Below are positions 8,539-18,268 of a stretch of DNA of 50,285 nucleotides, one piece after another. Each line of letters opens with the position of its first letter. Positions within the stretch are counted from its first letter, which is position 1. The notes below the pieces were generated by a model. It worked only from the letters and a program-made list of their open reading frames with translations. It was not told where the DNA came from and ran no database searches. Source of the stretch: a virus (Duplodnaviria; Caudoviricetes); IMG/VR virus record IMGVR_UViG_3300011253_000436, positions 1 through 50,285 of that record, one strand, 5' to 3'. The position numbers and the translations under genes are program-made.

Positions 8539-9362
8539 TGGGAGCGAGTGCGACTGCTTCTGTCGCGGATGTTATAGATAGCTTTAAGTTTACTGCGGGA
8601 GACGCTGGTTTTTCTAATTACGCAGGTGTGCATTACGGTATAGGTACATCCATAACTTCACCAGACGTTACTTTAGGTAAGTTTATAGGTAGCGACCCCG
8701 GAAACCAAGGAAAGATAGTCCAGTGTATGTCTAGCACTTCTGGGTTATTTATTTTACGCATAGAAAGCGATCATTTTGCTACTGGTAGAGATATAGCACT
8801 AGGCAACCCCAGCCATACGTTTGACTACATGGTAGTTAAAGACTCAGCAGGGGTAGAGATAGCCGAGCTAGAAATGCTAGCGTGTTTAGAAAACAACTCT
8901 GCAAGTTCCAATGGTCTCGACTCTAGGCTTTTCTTTTGGGTCAATAATAGTTGGCTAGGCGGAGGAAATAACGCCCGCCCTTATTCCGTTACGGTTACTG
9001 TTGTGGACGCAGATACATTTACTGTTCCCTTAACTTTAACTAGAAAGAATAGAGTAGTTCCTTCTGGTGCTAGTGAAACTTTTACAGGCTCTACGGGCAA
9101 AGTACACAAGTCTACCGACTCTTTAGGTACGTCCGCAGGCACTAGCATAGGTAGCTCAAGTTTATCGTCTAATGTACTTACAATAAACACTAGCAGTGCA
9201 CATGAGTTAACTACCGGAGACACAGTGGATTTATCTCAAATAGGACACTCTAGTTTTGATCCTAACACAATAGAGCAGATTAATTTAACCGGAGGCTACG
9301 GCGGTAGCGCTATGATGGTAGATGGTCAAGATTACACTGTTGAGTTAAGGAATAGATTATGA
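8538..9362 (+). CDS. Tail-associated protein carrying a copy of the domain inserted in the adaptor
   Basis: Translationally coupled (TAATG). Contains VDADTFT...SSNVLTINTSSAHELTTGDTV...DPN. Confidence 0.55.
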   Translation: MGASATASVADVIDSFKFTAGDAGFSNYAGVHYGIGTSITSPDVTLGKFIGSDPGNQGKIVQCMSSTSGLFILRIESDHFATGRDIALGNPSHTFDYMVVKDSAGVEIAELEMLACLENNSASSNGLDSRLFFWVNNSWLGGGNNARPYSVTVTVVDADTFTVPLTLTRKNRVVPSGASETFTGSTGKVHKSTDSLGTSAGTSIGSSSLSSNVLTINTSSAHELTTGDTVDLSQIGHSSFDPNTIEQINLTGGYGGSAMMVDGQDYTVELRNRL

Positions 9363-9970
9363 GTCATTTGTGTGTGGGGCTGTCGTCTTTACCCGATGAC
9401 GATACCCTTTTTAGATTATTTGAAGATAGCGAAGCTAAGATACGAGAAGGTACACTCCCTCAACAGGCATTGGTAGGTACTACCCAACACGAATTGTTTT
9501 GTACTATACGAAGTGAGATTAGTAAGCACATAACTTCTGGGCAAGCTATAGCCTACCTAAAAGATGGTTATCTATGTTGGATAGGTTGGGGAAGTATACG
9601 GCCATTTAGGAATGTTAAGGCTACTGCATACAATCAAAAGGGTTTTCTCGCAGGGCAAGACTCTGGCGGTAGTAGAGCATATTTATATGGTGCAGATTTC
9701 TGGGATGCCCTAAAGGAGTTCCACGATCTTAACTACGGAGTCAAGTATAAAGCAGTAGGTAGTTATCTTATAAAAGACTCCAGTGCTGCTTTGTTTGAAA
9801 AAGAAGTAGGCACACCAAACCTCTACAATAAAGACACATATTTAATGCGTAGAGTTGCAGAGTACAAAGAAAAGAATCCCCTCGAAGGCATACAGAACGC
9901 CCCAGAGGACATATACCTAGGCCAAGCCGAGTGGTTTGAATATAGAGTAGCAGATATGAGGTTGGCTTAA
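9359..9970 (+). CDS. Hypothetical protein
   Basis: 203-aa ORF coupled by an ATGA overlap. Confidence 0.6.
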   Translation: MSHLCVGLSSLPDDDTLFRLFEDSEAKIREGTLPQQALVGTTQHELFCTIRSEISKHITSGQAIAYLKDGYLCWIGWGSIRPFRNVKATAYNQKGFLAGQDSGGSRAYLYGADFWDALKEFHDLNYGVKYKAVGSYLIKDSSAALFEKEVGTPNLYNKDTYLMRRVAEYKEKNPLEGIQNAPEDIYLGQAEWFEYRVADMRLA

Positions 9971-9971
9971 T

Positions 9972-10253
9972 ATGGCTTTTAGAGAGTTAGAAAACGTAGG
10001 TATACAGCCTAATTTTTCTAGGGTGACGCAGGGTGTAGGTGCGGTACAAGCCGTAATAGATAGCACTAACTACGCTTACTTGTGGGGTAGCCTTGATAAC
10101 ACTAACTTTGCACTCATAGATTCTTTTGAGGCAAACACACTAAAGATAATTGTGATGCCTCCGTTCATTAAAGCTAGTGGTAGCTCTACTGACCACACCA
10201 CTGCTTTAGGTGGAACTACTAAAGTTCTTCTAGACGGAGATAGGAAACCTTAG
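9972..10253 (+). CDS. Hypothetical protein
   Basis: 93-aa ORF tightly packed in the operon with a GAGG RBS. Confidence 0.6.
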   Translation: MAFRELENVGIQPNFSRVTQGVGAVQAVIDSTNYAYLWGSLDNTNFALIDSFEANTLKIIVMPPFIKASGSSTDHTTALGGTTKVLLDGDRKP

Positions 10254-10254
10254 C

Positions 10255-10803
10255 GTGATGAGATTACTTTTTGGAATAGTGTTGTTGTTGGTATATTTAC
10301 CAACACTAGCACAAGAGCAGCAAGATGCTAATGTAGGAGATTTCGGTTCTAATAACCAACAGTCCGCAGAGACTATAGATAACCGAACTACTACTACAGT
10401 TACACAAGAAGGGACTCCGGTCCAAACAGCAGTAGCTCCTAGCGGGGCTTCTTATAATCAAGACGTATGTACTTTTAGTGGGAGTGCTGGGGTACAGACA
10501 CAAGTATTTGGGTTAGCTATAGGCAAGCCGTTTAAAGATGAGACTTGTGAACGCCTTAAACTATCGAAGCAGCTACAGGCATTAGGCCTAAAAGTTGCCG
10601 CAGTAAGTGTTATGTGCCAAGACCATAGAGTTTGGTGGGCATTATATGAATCGGGAACACCATGTCCCACAAATCAAGGATTAATATCAGATGACGCATA
10701 CTCGTTCTACCGTAACCGCCCTGACACTGTGCCTGATAAGCCTGTGGTCTACAAGCGCAAAGTCGCAAACAGACCTACAGGGCCACACAGCCGTCATAGA
10801 TAG
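10255..10803 (+). CDS. Putative exported protein (signal peptide, 4 Cys)
   Basis: MMRLLFGIVLLLVYLPTLA-Q signal peptide; C..SAGVQTQ..CERLKLSK..MCQD..TPCP pattern. Confidence 0.65.
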   Translation: MMRLLFGIVLLLVYLPTLAQEQQDANVGDFGSNNQQSAETIDNRTTTTVTQEGTPVQTAVAPSGASYNQDVCTFSGSAGVQTQVFGLAIGKPFKDETCERLKLSKQLQALGLKVAAVSVMCQDHRVWWALYESGTPCPTNQGLISDDAYSFYRNRPDTVPDKPVVYKRKVANRPTGPHSRHR

Positions 10804-11488
10804 CCTCATAGGTCCAGAGGCAAACAATTTTATTTCGCAGATGGCAGCGAATATGGAAACGGGAAGTACTTTAATAGTACACCCAGATACAGGCCAACAG
10901 TATCACGTTACTCAAGGCCAATTAGACGCATTTAACCTAGCGTACTCAAAGGCTTTGTCTGAGTCTACACAAGAGCACCTTACTGGTCTATTGCTACAAG
11001 ATAAGATACTAGAGCAGCAAGTTGAATTTGACGACCAGAAAGAGGCAATGATAGAAGAGGCACAGGTTATGGCAACTGTTACCGCTATTGCTGCTGAAAT
11101 AGAGGCTGCCGATGAGTCAACTAAGATCGGTATGGAAAAGTATGCTACTGATAACGATCTGAGAGAGATTAAGCAAGATACTCGTGATAAGTACGCTGCA
11201 AGTATAGAAGGTATGGTAGTAGCTAGTCGTACTAAGAATATGTTAGAGCAGTACGAAGGTACTATTATAGAGTCTACTACTTTTGTTACTCAAATGACGG
11301 GTACAGTACAGGCTTTCTACGACCAAGCTGGAGTTAGTATAGACGGTATGTTTTTAAATCAACTTAACCTAGCTTGGAGTGGCGTACTTGTAGGAGTAGA
11401 AGATGAGTTTTGGACAGACAATGTACATACAGAGATGGGATTTTTTCCTGACCCTGTAGCCCCAGTATACGAGGTAATACCACAATGA
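10691..11488 (+). CDS. Putative exported helical acidic protein
   Basis: Signal-peptide-like start (TVTALTLCLISLWSTSAKS); overlaps the previous gene by 113 nt. Confidence 0.55.
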   Translation: MTHTRSTVTALTLCLISLWSTSAKSQTDLQGHTAVIDSLIGPEANNFISQMAANMETGSTLIVHPDTGQQYHVTQGQLDAFNLAYSKALSESTQEHLTGLLLQDKILEQQVEFDDQKEAMIEEAQVMATVTAIAAEIEAADESTKIGMEKYATDNDLREIKQDTRDKYAASIEGMVVASRTKNMLEQYEGTIIESTTFVTQMTGTVQAFYDQAGVSIDGMFLNQLNLAWSGVLVGVEDEFWTDNVHTEMGFFPDPVAPVYEVIPQ

Positions 11489-11928
11489 ATGCAGAGCAAA
11501 TAGGAACGTGGATCGGCATAGCTTCCGCTCTAGGTGGAGTGGCTATGTCTTTTGCCACAATGGAAGAAAAGATTTCTCAGCTAGAAGGTTCTATGTCTGA
11601 GATCTACAATGTAGAAGAGATCCGTACTATGGAGAAGCGACTGACTACGTTAGAAGTTACTCAGTCTAATAGTGACGTAGGTCGTATTTCTTCAACTATA
11701 GCAACCTTGGAAGGAGAAATTAAAAATGTTAACCAAACTATTGAGCGACTTGAAGGCACTGTTAGTGGGCTTCAAAACCAAGATACAAGCGAAATACAAA
11801 GCGGCGTTAGTGTTAATCAAAGCCGAATATCATCTTTGCAAAGCACGATTGAAAGGCTTGAAGGGCAAATTACGCGCCTTAGTTCGAGACTAAACTCACT
11901 AAAAAACAATAGTAATCCACTGGGGTAA
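11485..11928 (+). CDS. Membrane-anchored coiled-coil protein
   Basis: N-terminal hydrophobic helix followed by continuous heptads with an internal repeat (RISSTIATLEG / RISSLQSTIERLEG). Confidence 0.65.
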   Translation: MNAEQIGTWIGIASALGGVAMSFATMEEKISQLEGSMSEIYNVEEIRTMEKRLTTLEVTQSNSDVGRISSTIATLEGEIKNVNQTIERLEGTVSGLQNQDTSEIQSGVSVNQSRISSLQSTIERLEGQITRLSSRLNSLKNNSNPLG

Positions 11929-11931
11929 GTT

Positions 11932-12222
11932 ATGCCTAAGAAAAAAGACCCACGTTTAGCTAGGGCAGGGGTATCAGGCTTTAATAAACCTAAGCGTACC
12001 CCAGATCACCCTAAGAAGTCCCACGTTGTTGTGGCTAAAGAAGGGGACAAGATTAAGACTATTCGCTACGGCGAGCAAGGTGCAAAGACAGCAGGTAAAC
12101 CTAAGAAGGGCGAGTCTGCTGCTACAAAAGCCAAGCGTAAGTCTTTTAAAGCACGACATGGCAAAAATATAGCTAAAGGCAAGATGTCTGCGGCGTATTG
12201 GGCCGATAAGAGTAAATGGTAA
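11932..12222 (+). CDS. Small Lys-rich phage protein
   Basis: NKPKRTP.HPKKSHVVVAK..RKSFKARH..SAAYWADK pattern, which I recognise as common in marine phages. Confidence 0.75.
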   Translation: MPKKKDPRLARAGVSGFNKPKRTPDHPKKSHVVVAKEGDKIKTIRYGEQGAKTAGKPKKGESAATKAKRKSFKARHGKNIAKGKMSAAYWADKSKW

Positions 12223-12226
12223 ATAT

Positions 12227-12706
12227 ATGAATTTTAGTGCAATTAAAAATGTAATAGGGGCTATTGCTCCTACTCTAGGGACTGCTTTAGGTGGTCCATT
12301 AGGCGGTACTGCGGCTCAAGCTATCAGTGCTGTATTGGGCTGTAAGTCCGACCCTAAGTCTATTGAAACTGCTATGCAGTCTGCTACCCCTGAACAGCTA
12401 GTAGAAATTAAAAAGGCTGAACTAGACTTTGAGACTAAGCTAGCAGAACTAGAAGTAGACATTTTTGCTTTAGAAGCTAAAGACGTACAGGATGCACGAA
12501 AGGCTCACAAAGGGGATTGGACTCCTCGCATTGTAGCTTTAGTATCTTTACTCGGCTTTGTAGGCTACATATTCATGGTAACTATCCAGCCGCCTGACGC
12601 TAACTCTGACACTATCGTTAGTTTAGTTTTAGGTTACTTAGGAGGTGTAGTTAGTTCTATTACTTCTTTTTACTTCGGTGCGAGTCACAAACCAGATGAT
12701 AAATAA
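12227..12706 (+). CDS. Putative holin
   Basis: APTLGTALGGPLGG amphipathic N-terminus, a coiled coil, two TM helices ending FYFGAS; directly upstream of the lysozyme. Confidence 0.7.
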   Translation: MNFSAIKNVIGAIAPTLGTALGGPLGGTAAQAISAVLGCKSDPKSIETAMQSATPEQLVEIKKAELDFETKLAELEVDIFALEAKDVQDARKAHKGDWTPRIVALVSLLGFVGYIFMVTIQPPDANSDTIVSLVLGYLGGVVSSITSFYFGASHKPDDK

Positions 12707-13112
12707 ACAAAGATTAGTAGAGCAGCTAAAGATACACGAAGGCGTAAAGCTAAAGCCGTATCACTGCACTGCGGATAAATTAACAATTGGTGTAGGCAGG
12801 AATCTAGACGACGTAGGTATATCTGAAGAAGAGGCATCCTACCTTTTAGAAAATGATATTAAGAAATGCCAAGAGCAGTGTACCGCTCAGTTCCCTTGGT
12901 TTGCAGGACTAACTCCCCTACGACAAGAGGCCATTATAAACTTAGTGTTTAACATGGGTATTTCTAAATTCAAACAGTTTAAGAAAACAATTGCTTATAT
13001 ACAAGACGGTCAATTCGACCAAGCCGGTGCTGAGTTACTGGATTCTAATTACGCCCGACAAGTGGGCCAAAGATCAACAGACGTAGCTAATCAGTTAGCT
13101 CAGGAGAAATAG
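12696..13112 (+). CDS. Endolysin, GH24 lysozyme
   Basis: HEGVKLKPYHCTADKLTIGVGRNL and NLVFNMG motifs. ATG 12696 preferred over GTG 12678. Confidence 0.85.
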   Translation: MINKQRLVEQLKIHEGVKLKPYHCTADKLTIGVGRNLDDVGISEEEASYLLENDIKKCQEQCTAQFPWFAGLTPLRQEAIINLVFNMGISKFKQFKKTIAYIQDGQFDQAGAELLDSNYARQVGQRSTDVANQLAQEK

Positions 13113-13114
13113 AA

Positions 13115-16100
13115 ATGGCAGTAACTTGGAGTTATCCACAAAGTAGTGTAAGAGGTCCCGGCGGTTCGGAGAGAACCACTTCGGCCCCTATGACAGGTAC
13201 ATGGACTTCTGACACCAGAACAACTGAAGCGGGAACCCCATACACTATTCCGGGGTTCACTAGAAGCAAAACTATAAAGTACATCAAGCCATACGCCAAA
13301 ATGGGTGCACCGTACTATTACCCGGACCATACGCAAGCCGCACAAGGTAGGGCAGATTTAACTGCGGAGTATGAACAATACGCCCTAAGTTTCGCGCAAC
13401 AAGCCGAACAAGGGGACCTCGGAACCGCAGTCGCTAATGCCGCTCAGGCAACTATAGAAAATCAAGACTTCCTAGCCGGACAAACTCAAGAGTTCATAGA
13501 CCAAGAAACAATTAGCCCAAACGAAACTAACCAGTTCTTTGAAGATATAGCTGCCGCGTACAATCCCGGTGAGAATCGTGGAGATTTCTACGATAGAAGT
13601 GTGGCAGATCAGCAGACCTCTTTGGATTATTATCAATCGCAGACAGGCTTCGAGGCAGGTAATCTAGACGCTACTGTACAAGGCCAAGTGCAAATTAGAG
13701 ACGACATTTTAAATCAAACTGTCTCCCTAGCATCACAAGATGTAGCTAACGCATTGACTCTTTTAGGGGCTATGGGAATAGACACTTCTACTATGGAAGC
13801 GGTGACTAATCCGGACGGTACTATTAGCTACACTACTCCAGAAGGACAGGATCTAAGCTCAGTTATCTCTGCCCTAGGTACATCTTTAGGGACAAAAATA
13901 GACGAAGCTGGTGCAGCCAACCTAGCAGCATTAGGTTACGGTGGAGAAGGTCAAGACGATCTATTCACAGACATAGGTAGAATCCAAACTACACTAGGCT
14001 CAGGCTTAGATATGAGTGCAGTTACTGGTGCAGTTAGTAAAGGCTTTACGGATCAACAGTCCTACCTTTCCGGTCAGTTCGGGGACATTGCAGGTGATAT
14101 TTCTGGAGTAGGCGGACAGGTAACTGACGTACAAGCTACTGTAGACGCGGTAGAGACTGCGGTGGGTGCGCTAGATACCCGTCAGCTAGACATGGTTACT
14201 AAACTAGATAACTTAGGTGTAGATACTGACGCAATTATCGCCGCAGTAGACGCAGTACAAACTACGGTAGACCCTCTAGGTGCTAGGGTTACAGACTTAG
14301 CGCAAGACACTGCTCGAGGTATCTCAGGCTTAGGTGGCGACGTTTCGGATCTTTTCGGCGGCCAAGACACCACTTCACAAGTAGTCGATGCAGTATCTAC
14401 TCGACTGTCTTCGGATTTAGGCGTAGGAGACTCTAGCTTGTCTTCTATTGCATCTAGTATAGCTACTGTAGGCGAAGCTCAGACAGACGACCAGAAAGTA
14501 TTGGTAGACCAGATTGGTCGAATACAGACTGGCGTTACCAATATGGATAACGCAATAAAAACTAACATCGACGACGAGTTTAAAAACTTAATGACGGTGT
14601 TTGATTCAAATGGTCAGTTAATTACTGATTTTACTAACGCTGCCGGAGAAGAAGTAAAGGCTCAGTTAAACGATGACGGTACTTTAGTAGTATCTACTTT
14701 AACTCAATTAGGGACGGACGTAGGTAACATAGATCTTTCTAGTTTAGATACTATGAAAACCTCTATTGACGCTGCTGCCAGTTCCTTTGATACTGCCGAA
14801 AGTGCGTTAGGCTCTTTTACTTCTTTTGAGACTAAAAGTGCCAATGACCGAAAAGCCGTACTGGATGCTATTAAGGCAGATAGTACTGCGTTAGATACTT
14901 TAATTAGCACTGGTATACCTCAAACTATTAGCACAGGTTTAGCGGACTATAAGTTAGAAGTTGGAGCTAACGATGAGCTTTTAATTAGTAACCTAGCTGA
15001 AGCAGTAGGATTCGACCAAAGTGATGTGGCTTCTGCAACTGCTGCTGCTGTAGGATTTAACCAAAGCAATTTAGTAAGCGCCTTAGACACTGCGGTTGCA
15101 TACGACAGTGCGGCCTTAGTAAGTGCCATTGGCTTTGACCCAACTCAACTTACTTCCGACATTGCTTCTTCGGTAGGGTACAGCCCTAATGCTCTATTAG
15201 ACAAGATTGAACTACTCCAACCTGAAGTATTAACTACTCAAGATTTAAGTAACCTTAGTACGCTGACTGTAGGCGACTTACCTACAGCAGGCTCTATTGC
15301 GGAGGCAGTTAGCTACGATCCGGTAGACTTACTGGCTAAAATAGCCTCTGGTCGTCCAGAAACTTTAACTACAGATGACCTAACGGCACTAAGTACATTA
15401 ACTGTAGAGGACTTGCCTGTAGCTCCTACTACCACAGAAATTGCAGGTGCAGTGAAGTTTGATCTCAATAAACTAGAAACTAACTTAGCTAATGGCGCTT
15501 TAGATGTCGATGACCTATCTGCGTTAAGCACCTTAACTGTAGACGATTTACCTACTGCGGGAGAAATTGCAGGGCAGGTAGACTACGACCCAGAAGATCT
15601 CCTAGCTAAAATTAAATTAGGTCAACCAGAAGTATTAACTCAAGAAGACCTGTCTGTACTTAGCACATTAACTGTAGAGGACTTACCTATAGCCCCTACT
15701 GCTGCTGAAGTTGCCACCGCAGTTGATTACAATCCTACTGAGTTAACTAGCGACTTTACCACTGCTATCACAGACAGCCAAGAGGCACTATCGGAGTTAC
15801 AAGCAGGACAGACTACTACTATAAAGGGTGCGATTGGTACTTACCAAGCTGCGGTAGACGACGAGGGTACTCTTTTAGTATCTGCGTTTAACAATCTAGA
15901 TGGCTCTATTATCGCCTTAGATACAGAAGTAGGTAACATAGATGTTAGCAGCTTAGATACTATCCTAAGTGGCGTACAAGCTATCCCAACTACTGCCCTA
16001 TCGGCTCAACAAGTAACTGACGCTGTAGGGTACAACGCACAGGATCTGTTAGATTCTATCGCCGAAGATGCTTTAACTGACGCAGATTTAGTTAACCTAA

Positions 16101-17236
16101 GTACTCTTACCTTAGATGATATTCCGGCAGCAGGGGAAATTGCCGGAGCAGTTAACTACGATCCTGACGCTTTGATGACTCGTATTAAAGCCGGTAAAGC
16201 CGACGACCTTACCGCAGAGGATCTAACTGCGTTAAGCACTTTAACTACAGACGATTTATCTGATTTAGCGACTCAGGATCTACTAGGTAAAACTTTTGCG
16301 ACTGCTACCCAAGCTAACGCTTCAGTACAAACATCGCTAGGCCCTATAAGCGGAATCAGCACTAACATAGATAATCTACTATCCGCTGCGGACGCTGATG
16401 CTACTGCAAACAGCTTGCGGGATAATGCTATTGCAGATTCTCGCCAAGATGTATTGACCGCGTTGAGCCAAGATGAAGGGGCTATGCGGGCTTTGTTTAG
16501 CCAACAGACTGTGGACATACAAGGTGAGCTAGGGGACTACAATGTACGCATAGACAGCGAAACAGGGAGCATAGTAGCCAGCCAACTAAGCACACAGACC
16601 AGTGATATGTCTGGGCTTATAGACACCGCTACGGGCACTTTACTTGAAGATTCTGCTACTGGCCTCACTGCGTTAGAGCAGGACATTCTAGATAGCAAAA
16701 ACGATCTATACACTACGCTTAACACTTCCTTCACTAACGAAGGCGAATTAATCACTAATGCAATAAACGCTAACGGTGACGATATAACAAGAGTATTAGA
16801 CGATCAAGGTACTCTTACGGAGACCATAACAGACGTAAATGGCATAGTTCAGGATACCGTAGTAACTAACCTCAGCAGTATAATGGACGACACTGGTAGA
16901 ATTAACACTACTGCGCTTGAGATTGCCGCTGATACAAACGCTGAAAGCATATTTAGTACAATGAAAGAAGTATTCGACGATCAAGGCCTACTGAAGACCG
17001 AAGAGTACGATAGGTTTAACAACTTAATTGTTCGGGAGTTTGACGAAAATAACGATATACTAGAGCGGTACTACAACGCAGACGGTACTTTATCTAGTGA
17101 AAGGATACTTGGACTAGAAGAGCTACTGTCTTCTCTTTTCCCAGCCGCTCCTTTGGCAGAAGCTGGGGAACTGACCGGCGCTGACAGAAGATTCCTACAA
17201 GGATTTAGAACGCAAGGCTTGATGTCAGGCGTATAA
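13115..17236 (+). CDS. Large acidic repeat-containing protein, probably virion-associated
   Basis: 1373 aa, rich in D/T/A/S/L with few basic residues; ~15-aa and ~45-aa internal repeats. Confidence 0.65.
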   Translation: MAVTWSYPQSSVRGPGGSERTTSAPMTGTWTSDTRTTEAGTPYTIPGFTRSKTIKYIKPYAKMGAPYYYPDHTQAAQGRADLTAEYEQYALSFAQQAEQGDLGTAVANAAQATIENQDFLAGQTQEFIDQETISPNETNQFFEDIAAAYNPGENRGDFYDRSVADQQTSLDYYQSQTGFEAGNLDATVQGQVQIRDDILNQTVSLASQDVANALTLLGAMGIDTSTMEAVTNPDGTISYTTPEGQDLSSVISALGTSLGTKIDEAGAANLAALGYGGEGQDDLFTDIGRIQTTLGSGLDMSAVTGAVSKGFTDQQSYLSGQFGDIAGDISGVGGQVTDVQATVDAVETAVGALDTRQLDMVTKLDNLGVDTDAIIAAVDAVQTTVDPLGARVTDLAQDTARGISGLGGDVSDLFGGQDTTSQVVDAVSTRLSSDLGVGDSSLSSIASSIATVGEAQTDDQKVLVDQIGRIQTGVTNMDNAIKTNIDDEFKNLMTVFDSNGQLITDFTNAAGEEVKAQLNDDGTLVVSTLTQLGTDVGNIDLSSLDTMKTSIDAAASSFDTAESALGSFTSFETKSANDRKAVLDAIKADSTALDTLISTGIPQTISTGLADYKLEVGANDELLISNLAEAVGFDQSDVASATAAAVGFNQSNLVSALDTAVAYDSAALVSAIGFDPTQLTSDIASSVGYSPNALLDKIELLQPEVLTTQDLSNLSTLTVGDLPTAGSIAEAVSYDPVDLLAKIASGRPETLTTDDLTALSTLTVEDLPVAPTTTEIAGAVKFDLNKLETNLANGALDVDDLSALSTLTVDDLPTAGEIAGQVDYDPEDLLAKIKLGQPEVLTQEDLSVLSTLTVEDLPIAPTAAEVATAVDYNPTELTSDFTTAITDSQEALSELQAGQTTTIKGAIGTYQAAVDDEGTLLVSAFNNLDGSIIALDTEVGNIDVSSLDTILSGVQAIPTTALSAQQVTDAVGYNAQDLLDSIAEDALTDADLVNLSTLTLDDIPAAGEIAGAVNYDPDALMTRIKAGKADDLTAEDLTALSTLTTDDLSDLATQDLLGKTFATATQANASVQTSLGPISGISTNIDNLLSAADADATANSLRDNAIADSRQDVLTALSQDEGAMRALFSQQTVDIQGELGDYNVRIDSETGSIVASQLSTQTSDMSGLIDTATGTLLEDSATGLTALEQDILDSKNDLYTTLNTSFTNEGELITNAINANGDDITRVLDDQGTLTETITDVNGIVQDTVVTNLSSIMDDTGRINTTALEIAADTNAESIFSTMKEVFDDQGLLKTEEYDRFNNLIVREFDENNDILERYYNADGTLSSERILGLEELLSSLFPAAPLAEAGELTGADRRFLQGFRTQGLMSGV
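15000..16262 (+). repeat. Intragenic protein repeats: ~15-aa AVG(F/Y)D units, then six ~45-aa LTxxDLxxLSTLTxxDLP units
   Basis: Read directly from the translation. Confidence 0.8.
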
Positions 17237-17246
17237 GGATATATAA

Positions 17247-17519
17247 TTGATGGCCTCTCCCGACCGCCTAGACAGAATAGAATCAAAACTTGACCGCCTT
17301 TCCGAGGTGGTCATTCAACTAGCCCGCATTGAAGAACGTATGGACACCGTATTTCGTCGTATGAGTAACTACGAGAAAAACAGTCTAAACGATCAATCTC
17401 GTATTCGCAATCTAGAATCTGAAGTACAAGACAATAAGGCAAAAGCTGTTTTTGGCGAGAGGATTTTCTGGTTGGTAGTAACCGCCAGCATCAGTACTCT
17501 CTTTTATTTTCTAAGGTAA
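17247..17519 (+). CDS. Small coiled-coil protein with a C-terminal TM helix (XhlA/holin-like)
   Basis: RLDRIESKLDRL..LARIEER heptads and an IFWLVVTASISTLFYF helix; start may be ATG 17250. Confidence 0.6.
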   Translation: MMASPDRLDRIESKLDRLSEVVIQLARIEERMDTVFRRMSNYEKNSLNDQSRIRNLESEVQDNKAKAVFGERIFWLVVTASISTLFYFLR

Positions 17520-17524
17520 AAACT

Positions 17525-18253
17525 ATGAATATCCCAAACTCAGTATCCCCAGAAGGCATTGCCCTAATTAAACGCTTTGAAGGTTGCCATAAAGTCAACC
17601 CAGATGGCAGCTATCGTTCGTATCGCTGTTTATCAGGTAAGTGGACTATAGGATTCGGGCATACTCAGGCAGTTCGCTCTGGTATGTCTGCTAGTCGAGA
17701 AGTGTGTGAAACCTATCTAGAAGAGGATATGCGTAAAGTATGTGCTCAGATTAAGCAGATAGTAAGTGTACCGTTAAGCCAACCTCAGTTAGATGCTCTA
17801 GCATCCTTTGTGTTTAACGTAGGGTTAGCTGAGTTTAAGAAGTCTGTACTACTCAAAAAACTTAATCTAGGGCAGTACTATTCAGTACCGTCTGAAATGA
17901 CTAAGTGGAACAAAGCTAAAGTAGATGGTGTCGTAACTGAACTATCAGGATTAACTCGCAGAAGGGCAGCAGAAAGCTCTCTGTGGGCTTTAGAAGGGGA
18001 CCTAGGGGAGTTGGAGCCAGTAATGCCTCAACGCCCTCAGATAGCTCCTTTGGCATCTCTAAGCCGCTCCAAGACTATTTGGGGTGCATCCTTCGCAGCA
18101 GCCGGTGTGTTGTGTGCAGAAGTAATTGAACGAATACACTCATTGGCATCTTACTCAAGTGCTGTTGGTTATGTGTGCGTAGCAGTAGCCTTGTGTGGAT
18201 TAGGCACAGTAGCGTACTCAAGAGTAAAAGACCATAAAGAAGGAATACATTAA
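17525..18253 (+). CDS. Second GH24 lysozyme with two C-terminal hydrophobic helices
   Basis: IKRFEG..YRCLSGKWTIGFGHT, LASFVFNVG and GLTRRRAAE motifs, followed by two TM-like segments. Confidence 0.85.
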   Translation: MNIPNSVSPEGIALIKRFEGCHKVNPDGSYRSYRCLSGKWTIGFGHTQAVRSGMSASREVCETYLEEDMRKVCAQIKQIVSVPLSQPQLDALASFVFNVGLAEFKKSVLLKKLNLGQYYSVPSEMTKWNKAKVDGVVTELSGLTRRRAAESSLWALEGDLGELEPVMPQRPQIAPLASLSRSKTIWGASFAAAGVLCAEVIERIHSLASYSSAVGYVCVAVALCGLGTVAYSRVKDHKEGIH

Positions 18254-18268
18254 AGGTGAATAATAATA

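Noticed and set aside
9359-9970. GNAT / T7 gp13-like assignment
   Set aside because: Only a vague beta-strand pattern; no acetyl-CoA motif that I can support.
15000-16262. Repeats as a CRISPR array or DGR template/variable pair
   Set aside because: They are in-frame protein repeats with synonymous divergence. No reverse transcriptase, cas operon or spacer structure is present.
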